In this document: positions 19,591 through 31,000 of the stretch, in pieces
How positions within the stretch are numbered: position 1 is the first letter of the stretch
How the letters are laid out: each line of letters starts with the position of its first letter
NCBI GenBank assembly: GCA_963663545.1
Contig: OY760505.1
Location: forward strand, 512,001 to 576,000
DNA from: Candidatus Delongbacteria bacterium
GTDB lineage: Bacteria > CAIWAD01
Length of the DNA: 64,000 nt
Direction of reading: 5' to 3'
Notes under the pieces: model-generated
The model's input: the letters and a program-made list of their open reading frames with translations, nothing else
What the model was told of the DNA's origin: nothing
Databases searched by the model: none
Translations under genes and position numbers: made by a program

Positions 19591-22561
19591 CCTCTTCGGC
19601 TCCAGCCTTCAAAATGATGCCCTGCTGTTTCTGACCGTTCATGCGCACTACTAGCGGTTTCTCGAAGCGCAAGTGTCTCACGAAAGGTGTGCGGGCGTAC
19701 TCAGGCTGCGCCGTGATCCACTTCCAGTCGAGCTGCTCTTCTTCCTCCTGATCTGGATTGCAAGTGAAGTAGCCGATGCCAAGCGAAGTGAGATTCTGGA
19801 AGAAATGGCTCCCCTGGCTGGGTTCCACAATCATGTCGCGGAAACCGCTTTCCACAATCACGCGTGCGCCGTTAATGTGATCCCACTTCACGGGAATGCC
19901 CAACCACGGATCGGCGGAGCCCCAGCGACCGACGCCGATGAGAATGTAGTGGCGCCCTTCCTTCGTAAGACTCTTGTTCAATTGGGCTACTTGCTCAGCC
20001 ACTTCGCGCGTATGTTTGCGCTCAAAGACCTCGACATCCACGACCACCAGATCGTACAAGTCTTCCATCTTGCCGGCACCCAACACACGGCCGCTGCGGC
20101 AGAGCACCTGTTCTGGTGCTACATCATCCAGGTTCAGCTCAGAGAGCTCACGCGCCAACACCATCGGACGCATTTGTAACACGCTGAACTCTTTGGCCTC
20201 GCCCTTTTCCGGCCAGAGTTGCACGGCGAACTCAATTTCCACCGGACGGCTCATGCCGCGCTCGCCCAGCTTGAGCATGCGATCCACAATTGGGGCCAAG
20301 GGAAACCAGTCGTGTTTGAGCACGCTGGCAAAACTGAGGAAGGGGATGCCCTGCCTTGCCAACCCGTCATAAATGGCTTCGTTGGCCGGATCGTAGACGC
20401 TGGCCAGTGGCGCCAGCACGCCATCCTTCCTGGCGCGTTCCAGCTCTGCGCTCACCAGTTCGTCGTCCTCTTCTGCGAGCTTGGCAGGTTCGATGGCCCG
20501 TTCCCCCAGAGGAAGCGCATAGAAGCTTTTCTGGCTGTACTGCAGCGCCTCTCGCGGGTGCATGAAGAAAGCGCCGTGTCGGGGATGCACCGGACAGAAG
20601 CGCATGACTTCGCCGCCCTGGGCCACCATCTGCCCCATGCCCAACGCCACACTGCAGACGCCGTCTTCCGCGGTGGCGGGTTCCGCCGGATAGAAATTAT
20701 GACTGCGTGCTACACCGGCCATGGTGGGATAGAAAAGATCGTCGTGTTTCTCGCCTTGAACCTTCTGCACAATGACGGCCATTTTCTCTTCTTCGATGCG
20801 ATAGGGCGTAGCCGAGATGTAGCCCTTGGCCTGCTGTGAGTAAGTACTGGCGAATACCAGCTTGACCGCGTCCACCAGCTGCCGCAGTCGCTCTTCGGGG
20901 TCCGGATGGTCATTGGCGAGCATCACGGTGCGGTAGATGCCAGCGAAAGGCTGGTACTGGCTGTCCTCCAGCAGACTGCTGGAGCGCACCGCCAGCGGAT
21001 AATCCATCAGCTCTACCAGCCGTTGCAGGTCGATCATGAACAGGTCGGGAAAAACACCCTCCAGGAAGCGCGCGCGAATCTCTTCATCCTGCTCGCATTC
21101 GATGGCGAACTCCTGCAAATCGTTGAGCTCCATAAACTGGTCGAAAACCTCAGTGCAGAGGACGACGGCCGGTGGCACCGTGATACAAATATCCTCATCG
21201 TACTCGCGCAATCCGGCCTTGTTGATCAGATGTCTCACAAAGTTGATGCCGCGCGCCTTGCCGCCCATGCTGCCGCCGCCGATCTGCGCCAGACTGTTGC
21301 CCGGGTCGAAGTGCTCGGGACTGAAATCGGCCACCACCTGACGACTACGTCCCTGCCGATAATCCCGCAGGGCCTGGATGAGGTAGTCGCGCACTTCGCC
21401 GATGCTGGACCAATCGCTGATTTGTCGAGGTTGCAAGGCCCGTGCCAGGCTGAACTCGGTGCGCGCGCGTAACCATTTGCTGAAATGGCCGCGTGAGGCA
21501 TGATAGTGCAGGCTGACTTCGGGGATCTCCGCCAGCCGCTTCTCCAGACTGTGCAGATCGCTGACCCGCGCAATCTCGCTGCCGTCGGGCAGACGAAAGA
21601 CAAAATCGCCGAAACCAAAGTTGTCGCGCATGAAATGTCTCACGCTGCGCAGCAGATTGGTACTGCCTTTGCGCACGCCCTGGACTTCCAACTCCGCGGC
21701 CAGCTTCTTGACGAAGGGCTGATTGGATTGCAGCAGAATGGGTAGTTCGGGCACGCGAGCACGCATGGCACGAATGAGCCGCGCCCCCGCTTCGTGATCC
21801 ATTTCGCCTTCGCGGTTGAACTCCAGATCGGTGATGACACCCAGCAGGTGCGTGTGATACTTCTCGAACACCGCCCAGGCTTCATCGTATGTAGTACACA
21901 GCAGAATCTTGGGACGCGCGCGCGCGCGGATCATCTTGTGCGCGATGTTCATGCCCTCGCTGATCAGACTCTGGCTCTGTCGCACGATCTCCGTGTAAAT
22001 GCTGGGCAGGTAGCTGGAATAGAAGCGAACGTTGTCCTCCACCAGCAGCACCGCCTGCACGCCCATTTCCAGAGTGTCGTGCTCGATGTTGAGCTGGTCC
22101 TCGATGAGCTTGATGATGGCCAGCATGATGCTGAAATCGCCCTGCCAGATGAAGACGCGATCGATATGTCTCACATCTTCGTGTTCCATGATATCCGTCA
22201 GGTGCCGATTGTCGTAGGTGAGCAGAGTAATGGGAATTGTAACACCGCGCACACGCAGTGCTGTGGCCAGTTCCAGCGCGGTCATATCGCCCACGTTCAT
22301 GGTCATCAGCACCATGTCATAGGGGAATTCGCCCGCCTTCTCCGCATCGGCAATAACATCGCTGGCGCGACTGCGTCGGGTCAGCGAAGGACTGGTGTAC
22401 AGGTTGAGATTGGCGAACTCGCTGGTAATCAGCTCCTGCAGCTGCCCGTCCTGAGCCAGAATGAAGGCGTCGTACAGACTGGCGACCAGCAGAATGCGGT
22501 TGACGCGGTGCTGGATCAGGTTTTGAAAATCAGCAATGGAGTCGTGGTGTGGCGCGGCCAT
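19583..22561 (-). CDS. Receiver-like domains fused to a PEP-synthase/PPDK N-terminal (ATP-grasp) domain
   Basis: ILLVASLYD and VLLVED receiver-like starts; GGKARG, AVRSSSLLED, FAGIY; no phospho-His or pyruvate-binding domain seen. Confidence 0.85.
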   Translation of the reverse strand: MAAPHHDSIADFQNLIQHRVNRILLVASLYDAFILAQDGQLQELITSEFANLNLYTSPSLTRRSRASDVIADAEKAGEFPYDMVLMTMNVGDMTALELATALRVRGVTIPITLLTYDNRHLTDIMEHEDVRHIDRVFIWQGDFSIMLAIIKLIEDQLNIEHDTLEMGVQAVLLVEDNVRFYSSYLPSIYTEIVRQSQSLISEGMNIAHKMIRARARPKILLCTTYDEAWAVFEKYHTHLLGVITDLEFNREGEMDHEAGARLIRAMRARVPELPILLQSNQPFVKKLAAELEVQGVRKGSTNLLRSVRHFMRDNFGFGDFVFRLPDGSEIARVSDLHSLEKRLAEIPEVSLHYHASRGHFSKWLRARTEFSLARALQPRQISDWSSIGEVRDYLIQALRDYRQGRSRQVVADFSPEHFDPGNSLAQIGGGSMGGKARGINFVRHLINKAGLREYDEDICITVPPAVVLCTEVFDQFMELNDLQEFAIECEQDEEIRARFLEGVFPDLFMIDLQRLVELMDYPLAVRSSSLLEDSQYQPFAGIYRTVMLANDHPDPEERLRQLVDAVKLVFASTYSQQAKGYISATPYRIEEEKMAVIVQKVQGEKHDDLFYPTMAGVARSHNFYPAEPATAEDGVCSVALGMGQMVAQGGEVMRFCPVHPRHGAFFMHPREALQYSQKSFYALPLGERAIEPAKLAEEDDELVSAELERARKDGVLAPLASVYDPANEAIYDGLARQGIPFLSFASVLKHDWFPLAPIVDRMLKLGERGMSRPVEIEFAVQLWPEKGEAKEFSVLQMRPMVLARELSELNLDDVAPEQVLCRSGRVLGAGKMEDLYDLVVVDVEVFERKHTREVAEQVAQLNKSLTKEGRHYILIGVGRWGSADPWLGIPVKWDHINGARVIVESGFRDMIVEPSQGSHFFQNLTSLGIGYFTCNPDQEEEEQLDWKWITAQPEYARTPFVRHLRFEKPLVVRMNGQKQQGIILKAGAEEDA

Positions 22562-22642
22562 GTATCACTTGCCTCTGCGGATGGATTTGCTTTGTATCAC
22601 GTCGGTCAAAGGTAACAATTGCGGCGCTTGCGGCGCTTGAGC

Positions 22643-22672
22643 AAAACGGGGGACGACACAGTCGCCCCCCGT
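22643..22672 (-). terminator. Probable intrinsic terminator after gdhA copy 1
   Basis: GC-rich hairpin followed by TTTT on the minus strand. Confidence 0.55.
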
Positions 22673-22696
22673 CGGCATATAAGGAGCATGTCTAGG

Positions 22697-24055
22697 CTAG
22701 ACAATACCCTGAGCAATCATGGCGTTGGCCACCTTGACGAAGCCGGCGATGTTGGCGCCGTCGACGTAGTTGACCCAACCGTCGCGGGTGCCGTACTGCA
22801 CGCACTTGGAGTGGATACCGGCCATGATCTCGGCCAGCTTGCGATCCACTTCTTCGCGCGTCCAGGGCAGACGCATGGAATTCTGGCTCATCTCCAGTGC
22901 GCTGGTGGCCACACCACCTGCGTTTGCGGCCTTACCGGGGCCGTAGAGCAGCTTGTTCTCAAGATAGATCTCGATGGCTTCCGGCGTGGAAGGCATGTTG
23001 GCACCTTCGCTGATGACGCGCACACCGTTGCGAACGAGGTTGGCGGCGTCCTTGCCGTTGATCTCGTTCTGGGTGGCACTTGGGAAGGCGGCGTCGGCCT
23101 TGTGGTCCCACAGCGGGTTGAAGTCGCGGCTGGCATCCAGCTGCGTGAAGACGGCACTGGGATACTTGTCGGCGTACTCTTTGATGCGTCCGCGACGTAC
23201 GTTTTTCAGCTCCATGAGGAAGGCCAGCTTCTCGCGATCGATGCCCGCCTCATCATAGATGTAGCCCGAGCTGTCCGAAGCCGTGACGGCCTTGGCGCCC
23301 AGATCAATCAGCTTCTCAATGGTGTACTGGGCCACGTTGCCGCTGCCGGAAACCAGCGCGGTCTTGCCCTCGAAGCTCTGGCCGTTGGCCTTGAGCATCT
23401 CGTTGGCGAAATACACGGCGCCGTAACCGGTGGCTTCCGGACGAATGAGGCTGCCGCCCCACTCCAGGCCCTTACCCGTCAGAACGCAGGTGAACTCGTT
23501 GGCCAGCTTCTTGTACATGCCGAACATGTAGCCGATCTCGCGACCGCCCACGCCGATGTCGCCAGCGGGAACGTCGGTGTCCGGGCCGATATGACGGAAG
23601 AGCTCCGCCATGAAGGCCTGGCAGAAACGCATCACTTCCATGTCGGATTTGCCGTGGGGATCAAAATCGCTGCCGCCCTTACCGCCACCGATGGGCAGAC
23701 CGGTGAGGCTGTTTTTGAAGATCTGCTCGAAGGCGAGGAACTTCAACACGCCCAGGTTCACCGTCTTGTGGAAACGCAGGCCACCCTTGTAGGGGCCGAT
23801 GGCCGAATTCATCTCGATGCGGAATCCACGATTTACCTGGATTTCGCCTTTGTCATCCACCCAGGGGACCCTGAAGGTGAGCAGACGCTCGGGCTCAACG
23901 ATGCGCTCGAGCACTTTATGTTGCCGGTATACAGGATGCTTGTCGAGGAAGGGCATCAGCGAAGCGACGACTTCTTCAACTGCCTGCAGAAACTCGGGCT
24001 GATGCGGATCGCGCACCTTCACGTTTTCCATGAAGGCTTGCACGTTGTTGGACAT
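22697..24055 (-). CDS. gdhA: Glutamate dehydrogenase, probably NADP-specific
   Basis: GPYKGGLRFH, GGGKGGSDF, DVPAGDIGVG, GSGNVA, ASDSSG. Confidence 0.96.
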   Translation of the reverse strand: MSNNVQAFMENVKVRDPHQPEFLQAVEEVVASLMPFLDKHPVYRQHKVLERIVEPERLLTFRVPWVDDKGEIQVNRGFRIEMNSAIGPYKGGLRFHKTVNLGVLKFLAFEQIFKNSLTGLPIGGGKGGSDFDPHGKSDMEVMRFCQAFMAELFRHIGPDTDVPAGDIGVGGREIGYMFGMYKKLANEFTCVLTGKGLEWGGSLIRPEATGYGAVYFANEMLKANGQSFEGKTALVSGSGNVAQYTIEKLIDLGAKAVTASDSSGYIYDEAGIDREKLAFLMELKNVRRGRIKEYADKYPSAVFTQLDASRDFNPLWDHKADAAFPSATQNEINGKDAANLVRNGVRVISEGANMPSTPEAIEIYLENKLLYGPGKAANAGGVATSALEMSQNSMRLPWTREEVDRKLAEIMAGIHSKCVQYGTRDGWVNYVDGANIAGFVKVANAMIAQGIV

Positions 24056-24345
24056 GGTTCGTCTCCTTGTTTGAACCTCTATCTGTACTACTGGGCGGTG
24101 GGGCAGCGGACCCCTAGCGACCAGTCGAATGCTCCTTTCCTTTTCCCCGTATGCGTGGTCAGGCGCATACGTCCGTGGTGTGCATCACTGCGGCCCGTAT
24201 TGCAGGGAGGCCGAAATGATAGTGACGGCTTGCAAGTTGTCGGGGTTGTCGCGGAAGGTCAAGCAGAAAAAGGGGGGCTGTTTACGCAAATTTCATGATT
24301 TTCGTGTTATTCTTTCATGATTTCAGAAAACAGAGTCGACCGAGT

Positions 24346-24380
24346 AAAAAGGGTCGTGACACAACAGGTTCACGACCCTT
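24346..24380 (-). terminator. Probable intrinsic terminator after gdh copy 2
   Basis: AAGGGTCGTGA...TCACGACCCTT stem with a T-run on the minus strand. Confidence 0.65.
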
Positions 24381-24501
24381 CGTAGGCTGCTTGAACAAGG
24401 TCAACGAAATCGACCCTGTCTTTCGCCCGGCGAGCCAAAACTCAGCCGCGGCGTGGAAAGCGGATCAGGCAGGGGCTTGGAATACCCGATCCGGAAAAGG
24501 A

Positions 24502-25845
24502 CTAGACCAGCCCCTGATCCAGCATGGCACCGGCGACCTTCAGGAAACCAGCAATGTTGGCACCCTGAATGTAGTTGCCCTTCTGGCCGTACTTCTCGGC
24601 TGCGTCGTAGCAGTCGGCGTGAATGCGGACCATGATCTCTTTCAGCTTGGCATCAACTTCCTCGCGGCTCCAGTTGAAGCGCATGCTGTTCTGGGTCATT
24701 TCCAGACCGGAAGTGGCCACGCCACCAGCGTTGGCGGCCTTGCCCGGGGCGACCATCACACCATTCTTGTGGAAGACGGCGACGGCTTCCGGCGTGCAGG
24801 GCATGTTGGAGGCTTCGACCACGGCGATGCAGCCGTTGTCCACCAAGTGCTGGGCGTCCTTCGCGTCGATCTCGTTCTGAGTGGCGGAGGGCATGGCGAT
24901 GTCGCACTTGATCTCCCAGGGGCGCTTGCCCGGGACCCACTGGCAACCGAACTTGTCGGCGTATTCCTTGGCGCTCTTTCCGTACACGGTCCACAGGGTG
25001 CTCATGTACTCAAGCTTCTCGCCCTTGATTCCGTCGGGATCGTAGACGTAGCCGTGCTCGTCACCGATGCTGACGACCTTGCCGCCCAGCTCGTTGATCT
25101 TCTCACAAATGAAGGTGCCGACGTTGCCGTAACCGGAAATGGTCACAGTCTTGCCTTCAATGGTCTCGCCCTTGGTCTTCAGCATTTCCTCGAGGAAATA
25201 CACTGCGCCGTAACCGGTGGCTTCCGGGCGAATGAGGCTGCCGCCCCAGGCCAGGCCCTTGCCGGTCAGAACGCCGGTGAACTCGTTGCGGATACGCTTG
25301 TACTGGCCGAAGAGGTAGCCGATCTCGCGGCCGCCGACGCCGATGTCACCGGCGGGAACGTCGGTGTTCGGGCCGATGTGACGGCACAGCTCGGTCATGA
25401 AGCTCTGGCAGAAACGCATGATTTCAGCGTCGCTGCGACCCTTGGGCTGGAAGTCGCTGCCGCCCTTGCCGCCGCCCATGGGCAACGTGGTCAGGCTGTT
25501 CTTGAAGACCTGCTCGAAGGCAAGGAACTTCAGGATGCTGAGGGTCACGGTCGGGTGGAAACGCAGGCCGCCCTTGTAGGGGCCGATGGCCGAGTTCATC
25601 TCGATGCGATAGCCACGGTTGACGTGAATCTTGCCCTGATCGTCGGTCCAGGGAACACGGAACATCACCACGCGCTCGGCTTCGGTGATGCGCTCAAGAA
25701 TGGCATTCTGCTCGAACTCGGGGTGCTGGGCCAGCACCGGGGCGAGGGACTCAAGCACTTCTTCCACAGCCTGATAGAACTCGGGCTGCGCGGGATTATT
25801 TGCCTTGACTTCGTCAAGCACGCGGGAAATGTACTTATCGGACAT
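24502..25845 (-). CDS. gdhA: Glutamate dehydrogenase, second paralog
   Basis: Same catalytic motifs; GYGNVG and SIGDEHG; RBS AAGGAG before ATG 25845. Confidence 0.93.
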   Translation of the reverse strand: MSDKYISRVLDEVKANNPAQPEFYQAVEEVLESLAPVLAQHPEFEQNAILERITEAERVVMFRVPWTDDQGKIHVNRGYRIEMNSAIGPYKGGLRFHPTVTLSILKFLAFEQVFKNSLTTLPMGGGKGGSDFQPKGRSDAEIMRFCQSFMTELCRHIGPNTDVPAGDIGVGGREIGYLFGQYKRIRNEFTGVLTGKGLAWGGSLIRPEATGYGAVYFLEEMLKTKGETIEGKTVTISGYGNVGTFICEKINELGGKVVSIGDEHGYVYDPDGIKGEKLEYMSTLWTVYGKSAKEYADKFGCQWVPGKRPWEIKCDIAMPSATQNEIDAKDAQHLVDNGCIAVVEASNMPCTPEAVAVFHKNGVMVAPGKAANAGGVATSGLEMTQNSMRFNWSREEVDAKLKEIMVRIHADCYDAAEKYGQKGNYIQGANIAGFLKVAGAMLDQGLV

Positions 25846-26320
25846 GGGTCGCTCCTTTGGAATGTACCCTTCCATCCGGCCATGCGGCCGGGCCGATGAA
25901 AAAGCCGCGAATTCCAGTCTTCTCCAGGACCAGAACCGCGGTGACCGATGGGCGTTCGGGACACAGGCCCCGCTCGCAAGAGCAGTACTTCTGACGCGCC
26001 ATTCAGCCACCAATCTGCGGCCTTCAGTCGGATCAGGCGCGCAACCTAACATCCGCCTCTAAGGTGCGCAACACGGCAAGAGGGAAAAAGCGTAAAAAGA
26101 TCAATATTCTGATGTTATTTTAGAATAAAATGAACATAAGTGCAGGTCGAAATTTGTATGCGCGTTAAATATCAAGCTCTTAGCTGAAATACGGAATACG
26201 GCTGGGAATGCGGGAAAAGTACGGGGATCCTCTCCTCCAAACTCGTACTCCTTCGCGTGCGCGAACTCGAGTCCAGCTCGCAAATCATGAACAGCTCCTT
26301 GTATCCCTTGACTCCAGCTC

Positions 26321-26442
26321 CGATTTCGATACCGATCCGACTCGAAGAGTCGGCCCGACGCTTGCGTCGGCAGCGATACCGACAGCGATACCGACAGCGA
26401 TACCGATACCGATCCGACGCTTGCGTCGGCAGCGATACCGAT
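26321..26442 (+). repeat. (ACCGAT)n-hairpin interspersed element, copy 2
   Basis: Hairpins CCGACTC-GAA-GAGTCGG and two CCGACGC-TT-GCGTCGG within CGATAC/CAGCGATACCGA tracts. Confidence 0.85.
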
Positions 26443-26538
26443 TTATGGAGAATTCTGCTCGCGCAAAAACAGCTTGTTGCCGCAGCGCGGCATTGGCAAT
26501 TTGTTGGCCGAACCCCCAACATTCCCCGAGGAAGAATC

Positions 26539-28071
26539 ATGAACCTGAGCTGGATTGACATCACGGCCTTTGCGCTCTTTGTGCTGGGCGTTGTTGCGGT
26601 TTCCCTGATTGCCTCCCGTAAGGAAAAGGACAGCGAAGAATACTTCCTGGCCGGACGCAGCCTGAGTTGGTGGCTGATCGGTTTCTCCTTGATAGCCAGC
26701 AACATCTCGACCGAACATTTCGTCGGCATGGCAGGCCAGGGCTTCGGTGCTGTGGGTCTGGCGGTGGCCAGTTATGAGTGGTACGCGGCCGTCGTGCTGG
26801 TCCTGGTGGCGCTGGTCTTTCTGCCGCGCTTTCTGAAGCTGGGCATCTACACCATGCCCGAATTCCTCGAAGTGCGCTATGGTAAAATGCCGCGTACTAT
26901 CATGGCGGTCTTCATGATGATCGCCTATGTCGTCGTGGCGCTGGTGACCGTGCTCTACTCCGGCGCGCTGGGCTTGCAAACCATCTTCGGCATGGACCTG
27001 GTGCAAGGCATCTGGCTGATTGGTCTGCTGGCCGCCACCTATACTATTTATGGTGGACTGAAAGCCGTGGTCTGGTCCGACCTGCTGCAAGGGGCCGCAC
27101 TGCTATTAGGCGGCGCAATGGTGCTGGTGCTGGGCTTACGCGAAGTGGGCGGCCTGGGGGCGTTTCTGGCACACAACGGTGAAAAGCTGCACATGATCCT
27201 GCCCGCCGATCATCCGGACATTCCCTGGACCGCGCTGCTCTTCGGCATGTTCATCCCCCACTTCTTCTATTGGGGCTTCAACCAGTTCATCACCCAGCGC
27301 ACCCTTGGCGCCAAGAGTCTGGCGGAAGGCCAGAAGGGTATTCTCTTCGCCGCCGGACTCAAACTGATCCTGCCAATTCTGATCATTTTCCCGGGCATCA
27401 TCGCTTGGCAACTCTACCGCGAACAGATTGCCGTGGACGACCAGGCCTACGTGGTGCTGGTGAAGAATCTGCTGCCAGCGGGTCTGCGCGGATTGTTCTT
27501 TGCCGCCCTCTTTGGCGCGGTGATGAGCAGCCTGGACTCGATGCTGAACTCGGCCTCGACCATTTTCACCATGGACATCTACAAGCGACTGCTGAAGCCA
27601 CAGGCCGACACAAAAAGCCTGATGCGCGTCGGTCGCTGGTCCACGGCAGCGCTGGCGGTCTTCGGCTGTCTGCTGGCGCCTCTGCCCGCGCATTTCAGCG
27701 GCGTTTACACCTATGTGCAGATGATCTGGGGTTTCATCTCGCCGGGCATCGTCGCGGTCTTCGTCTTTGGTCTGCTGGTGCGTCGCGCGCCCGCGGCGGC
27801 AGCCAACACGGCCATGCTGATGGGCATTCCCCTCTACGGACTGCTCTTGTGGAAGCTGCCGCAAGTGGCCTTCCTGAATCACATGGGCATTACCTTCGTG
27901 GTCATCGTGCTGCTGATGGCGCTGATCACCTGGTGGAAACCGCTGGCCAAGCCTTTCGCCTTCCCCGACAAACCCGCCACTAATCTGGATCTGCGCCCGG
28001 ACGCGAACATTCGCTGGTACGGTTTAGCCATCGTGCTGGCGGTGGTGGGGCTCTATATCTTTTTCTGGTAG
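26539..28071 (+). CDS. Sodium:solute symporter (SSS, sugar-type)
   Basis: YFLAGRSL, ASNISTEHFVG, YTMPEFL, GGLKAVVWSD, NQFITQR; start at ATG 26539. Confidence 0.93.
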   Translation: MNLSWIDITAFALFVLGVVAVSLIASRKEKDSEEYFLAGRSLSWWLIGFSLIASNISTEHFVGMAGQGFGAVGLAVASYEWYAAVVLVLVALVFLPRFLKLGIYTMPEFLEVRYGKMPRTIMAVFMMIAYVVVALVTVLYSGALGLQTIFGMDLVQGIWLIGLLAATYTIYGGLKAVVWSDLLQGAALLLGGAMVLVLGLREVGGLGAFLAHNGEKLHMILPADHPDIPWTALLFGMFIPHFFYWGFNQFITQRTLGAKSLAEGQKGILFAAGLKLILPILIIFPGIIAWQLYREQIAVDDQAYVVLVKNLLPAGLRGLFFAALFGAVMSSLDSMLNSASTIFTMDIYKRLLKPQADTKSLMRVGRWSTAALAVFGCLLAPLPAHFSGVYTYVQMIWGFISPGIVAVFVFGLLVRRAPAAAANTAMLMGIPLYGLLLWKLPQVAFLNHMGITFVVIVLLMALITWWKPLAKPFAFPDKPATNLDLRPDANIRWYGLAIVLAVVGLYIFFW

Positions 28072-28075
28072 TAGC

Positions 28076-31000
28076 TCAGGGCGATGGGACCTGGGAGCAT
28101 ACCGTGCGAAAACCGATGAATGATGCGCTGCTAGCGGGATCCTCGTGATTGCGGTCCGCGCAGCGAACCAGCTCTCCGTCGTGGAACCAGTCGCCGCCGC
28201 GTAACACACGCTGTGTGCCCGTGGCCGCGCCCAGCGGATCGGTGGCAGGCGCGCTGCTGTAGGAGGCCCACCAGTCGCCGCACCATTCCTGCACATTACC
28301 CGCCAATTCGAAGAAGCCCAGTCCCGTGAGCGGATAGCTGCCTGTGGGCGCTGTCCAGCCCAGTAGATTGTCATAGTTCAGTAGTGAAGCGTTGGGCGTT
28401 GTATCACCCCAGGGATAATCGCGCTCGTCGTCGAACTGCGCCGCGTACTCCCACTCTGCCTCCGTGGGCAGCCGATAGCCATTGGCGAGATAGGGATTGT
28501 GTGACACAGACTGCGCCCAGTTGCCCAAATAGAAAGGTTCCAAGCCGCAAATTGTGCTGCGCCAGTCACAGTAGCAGGCGGCCCCATACCAGCTGACTTC
28601 CATCACCGGATACAACTCGCGACCGGCCTCGACCTGAAAGAGCGCTCCGTCGAAGCTGAGTTCGCTGACGCCGTTCAGATCCAGCAACTCCTGCCCGTAG
28701 GCGCTGACACTACCCGCATCGGCCTGCACCAATCCCTGCTCCCACGCCCACTGCAGCGCTGCCGCGTATTGCGCGTTGCTCACTTCATAGGCGTCCAGCA
28801 GAACGCCCTGGGTCAGTGTCACCTCATGTTCGGGGGTCGCGGCGTCCACGTCGCCCATGCGAAAATCCCCGGCAGGCACAGAGACGCAGGCCCAGCGCGG
28901 AGCGGCAAGCGATGTGTGGATCACATTGCCAGCACGATCGCCCACCCGCAGCGTAAGCGTATCACGGAAGCCGATCCAGTCGTCAGCCAGCGGCCATTGT
29001 AGCTGATACTGCGCGGTGTCGAGTTCCGTTAGCGGGAGCGCCAGCGCAGCATTCAACTCCAGCTCCAGAGCGGCACCCGTTTCAGCACCCAACGAATCAC
29101 TGGCGAGGAAAACGCTGAGGAGTAGAGTATCACCACGGCTGGCCGTCTGTTGCGGAATAAAGAAGAGCGAATCCAGAGCACAGTGCGTGTCACGGGCGAT
29201 GGAATCGAGCAGCGAGCCCGTGTTCTGTTGAAACTCGTTGCGGAGCCAAGCGTGGACGTGATACCATCCGTCGCCGGATGTCAAGGGCCAGTCGCGGCTC
29301 TGACTCAGGGGCTCCCAATGGAGAGAACTGGGTTCGGCTTCAGTTGCCAGCGCCATCTCCAGCGCACCCGTGCTTTGTATTGCCAGCGTGGCATTATCGA
29401 AGCGAGTGTAGGTCTGCGCAAAGTCGATCCGGCCCTGCACTTCTGCCGGTGTGACACAGGCTGAAGTCTCCTCCACCACCAGGAAGTCGTTGCGCAGGCG
29501 CAGCGTGACAATCTTTTCGCCAGCGCCCTCCGAAAGCAGCCACTCGACGCTTGGCACAAAGGGCAACCACTCCTCGTCGCGTGAGACGGCGGACTGCGTA
29601 GAAAGAGTTGATGCGGCACGCCTCCCGCTGTTTGAGGCAAGCGCAGAAGCCGTTGGCGACTCGTTGGCGAGCTGATACTCTACTGCGCCAGCGCCTGTCA
29701 GCTGAAGCGTCTGCAGACGATGTAACACGCTGTCTGAGCCATCGCCGATGATCAGGCTCGGCAAAATGGCAGCCACTTCGATTGAATCGGCGTACGCCGA
29801 CGAAATCGCGCCGCTGGCATTGCGGAAGCGCGCGAATACATGTTTCATTCCCGCACCATGAGCGAGGGCGAAACTGTCAAGTTGTGACACAAAGGGCTGC
29901 CAGTGTGGGCTTGTCTGCAACTGGCTCAGAATGGTGTCCACGGCCATTTCGTCGGCGCTTTCGGACCACAAGTCCAGCTGGACGAAGCGCGTAGTGGTTT
30001 CCGTCGCTCCGTCCGCAATTGTGACACGAGCCGGGATCTCGACAACGACTTCATCCTGCAGAATGCTGGACGGGACTTCAAAGCTGTTCTTGAACTGCAC
30101 CTGAACCTGGTGTGCGCCTTCATCGGTATCACGCCAAAGAGCCAGCCCTTTCTGCGTCGCGCGTAGAGTAGTAAGGGAGATCCGCCAAGGTTCTCCCGTG
30201 CTACGAGCTGGAGCCGTCCGAGCGCTTCCGTCTTCCAGCTCCCACTGCAGCAGGGTGTCCCCAAAGACTTGCCACGGTGTCTGCGTCTCGATTTGCTCGT
30301 TGGCAATACGCACGCTATCCGCCCACTGAGCGCACAGGTGCAGCGTAACAACACCCGTGGTGATGGTATCACCGCCAAGGATTTGAAAGCTGAGTTGCGA
30401 CGGTAATCGCGGTTGAATGCTTGCCTGTTTGCGCGCTTCGATGAAGAAATCGTTGCGCAGCAGCAGGTAGACGGTCTTGGTGCCCATGCCAGTTTCCAGC
30501 TCCCAGCCGACGGTGGCGGACGCGTTCTCAAGCGGGCTCCAGTCCTCGTCTAGGCGACGCCCCTTGGCCAGGGGCAGAGCTGCGGGTGTTTGTGCTGATC
30601 GCCCGTGAGTCGTCAACGCTTCAGCAAAGGGCTCGTTGGAGAGCTGATAGGCCGTGGCACCGGTCCCGCTCAGTTCCACGCTGACGTAGCGGGAAGGCGT
30701 GTAGAGCTCACCCGCGTTGATCGACAGCTGTGGCAGGAGGGCGGCAGGAGCAATACTGGCACTGGCCAGCGGTGATACGTCATTCTCTTCGAAACCCGCC
30801 TGGGCGTAAATGGTTTTGCTGCCCGCACCGGTGCTCAGTTGCCAGTCCAGCGCGCTGACGGGTTCTTGCCAGGGGGCGCCTGAGCTGTCGGAAGGCGCCC
30901 CCTCCCAGATGCGCATCCGCAGCGCGCCGTAGGCGATGAAAGTGAGTGGTACATCGCGAGTGATTGTCGTCGCGGCGCCATCGCCGATGACCAACACAGG

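Noticed and set aside
22619..25899. Long plus-strand ORFs of 559 and 534 aa
   Set aside because: Antisense shadows of the two gdh genes, explained by strong codon bias
26172..26729. ORFs with RYRYRY/IGIGIG/AIPT repeats, including the N-terminal extension of the SSS ORF and similar ORFs near 31269-31706 and 33605-33999
   Set aside because: Translations of the (ACCGAT)n intergenic repeats
28076..28220. DGR variable regions in the FGE genes ending at 28076 and 11193
   Set aside because: They lack the shared 3' 21-mer and have mixed third codon positions
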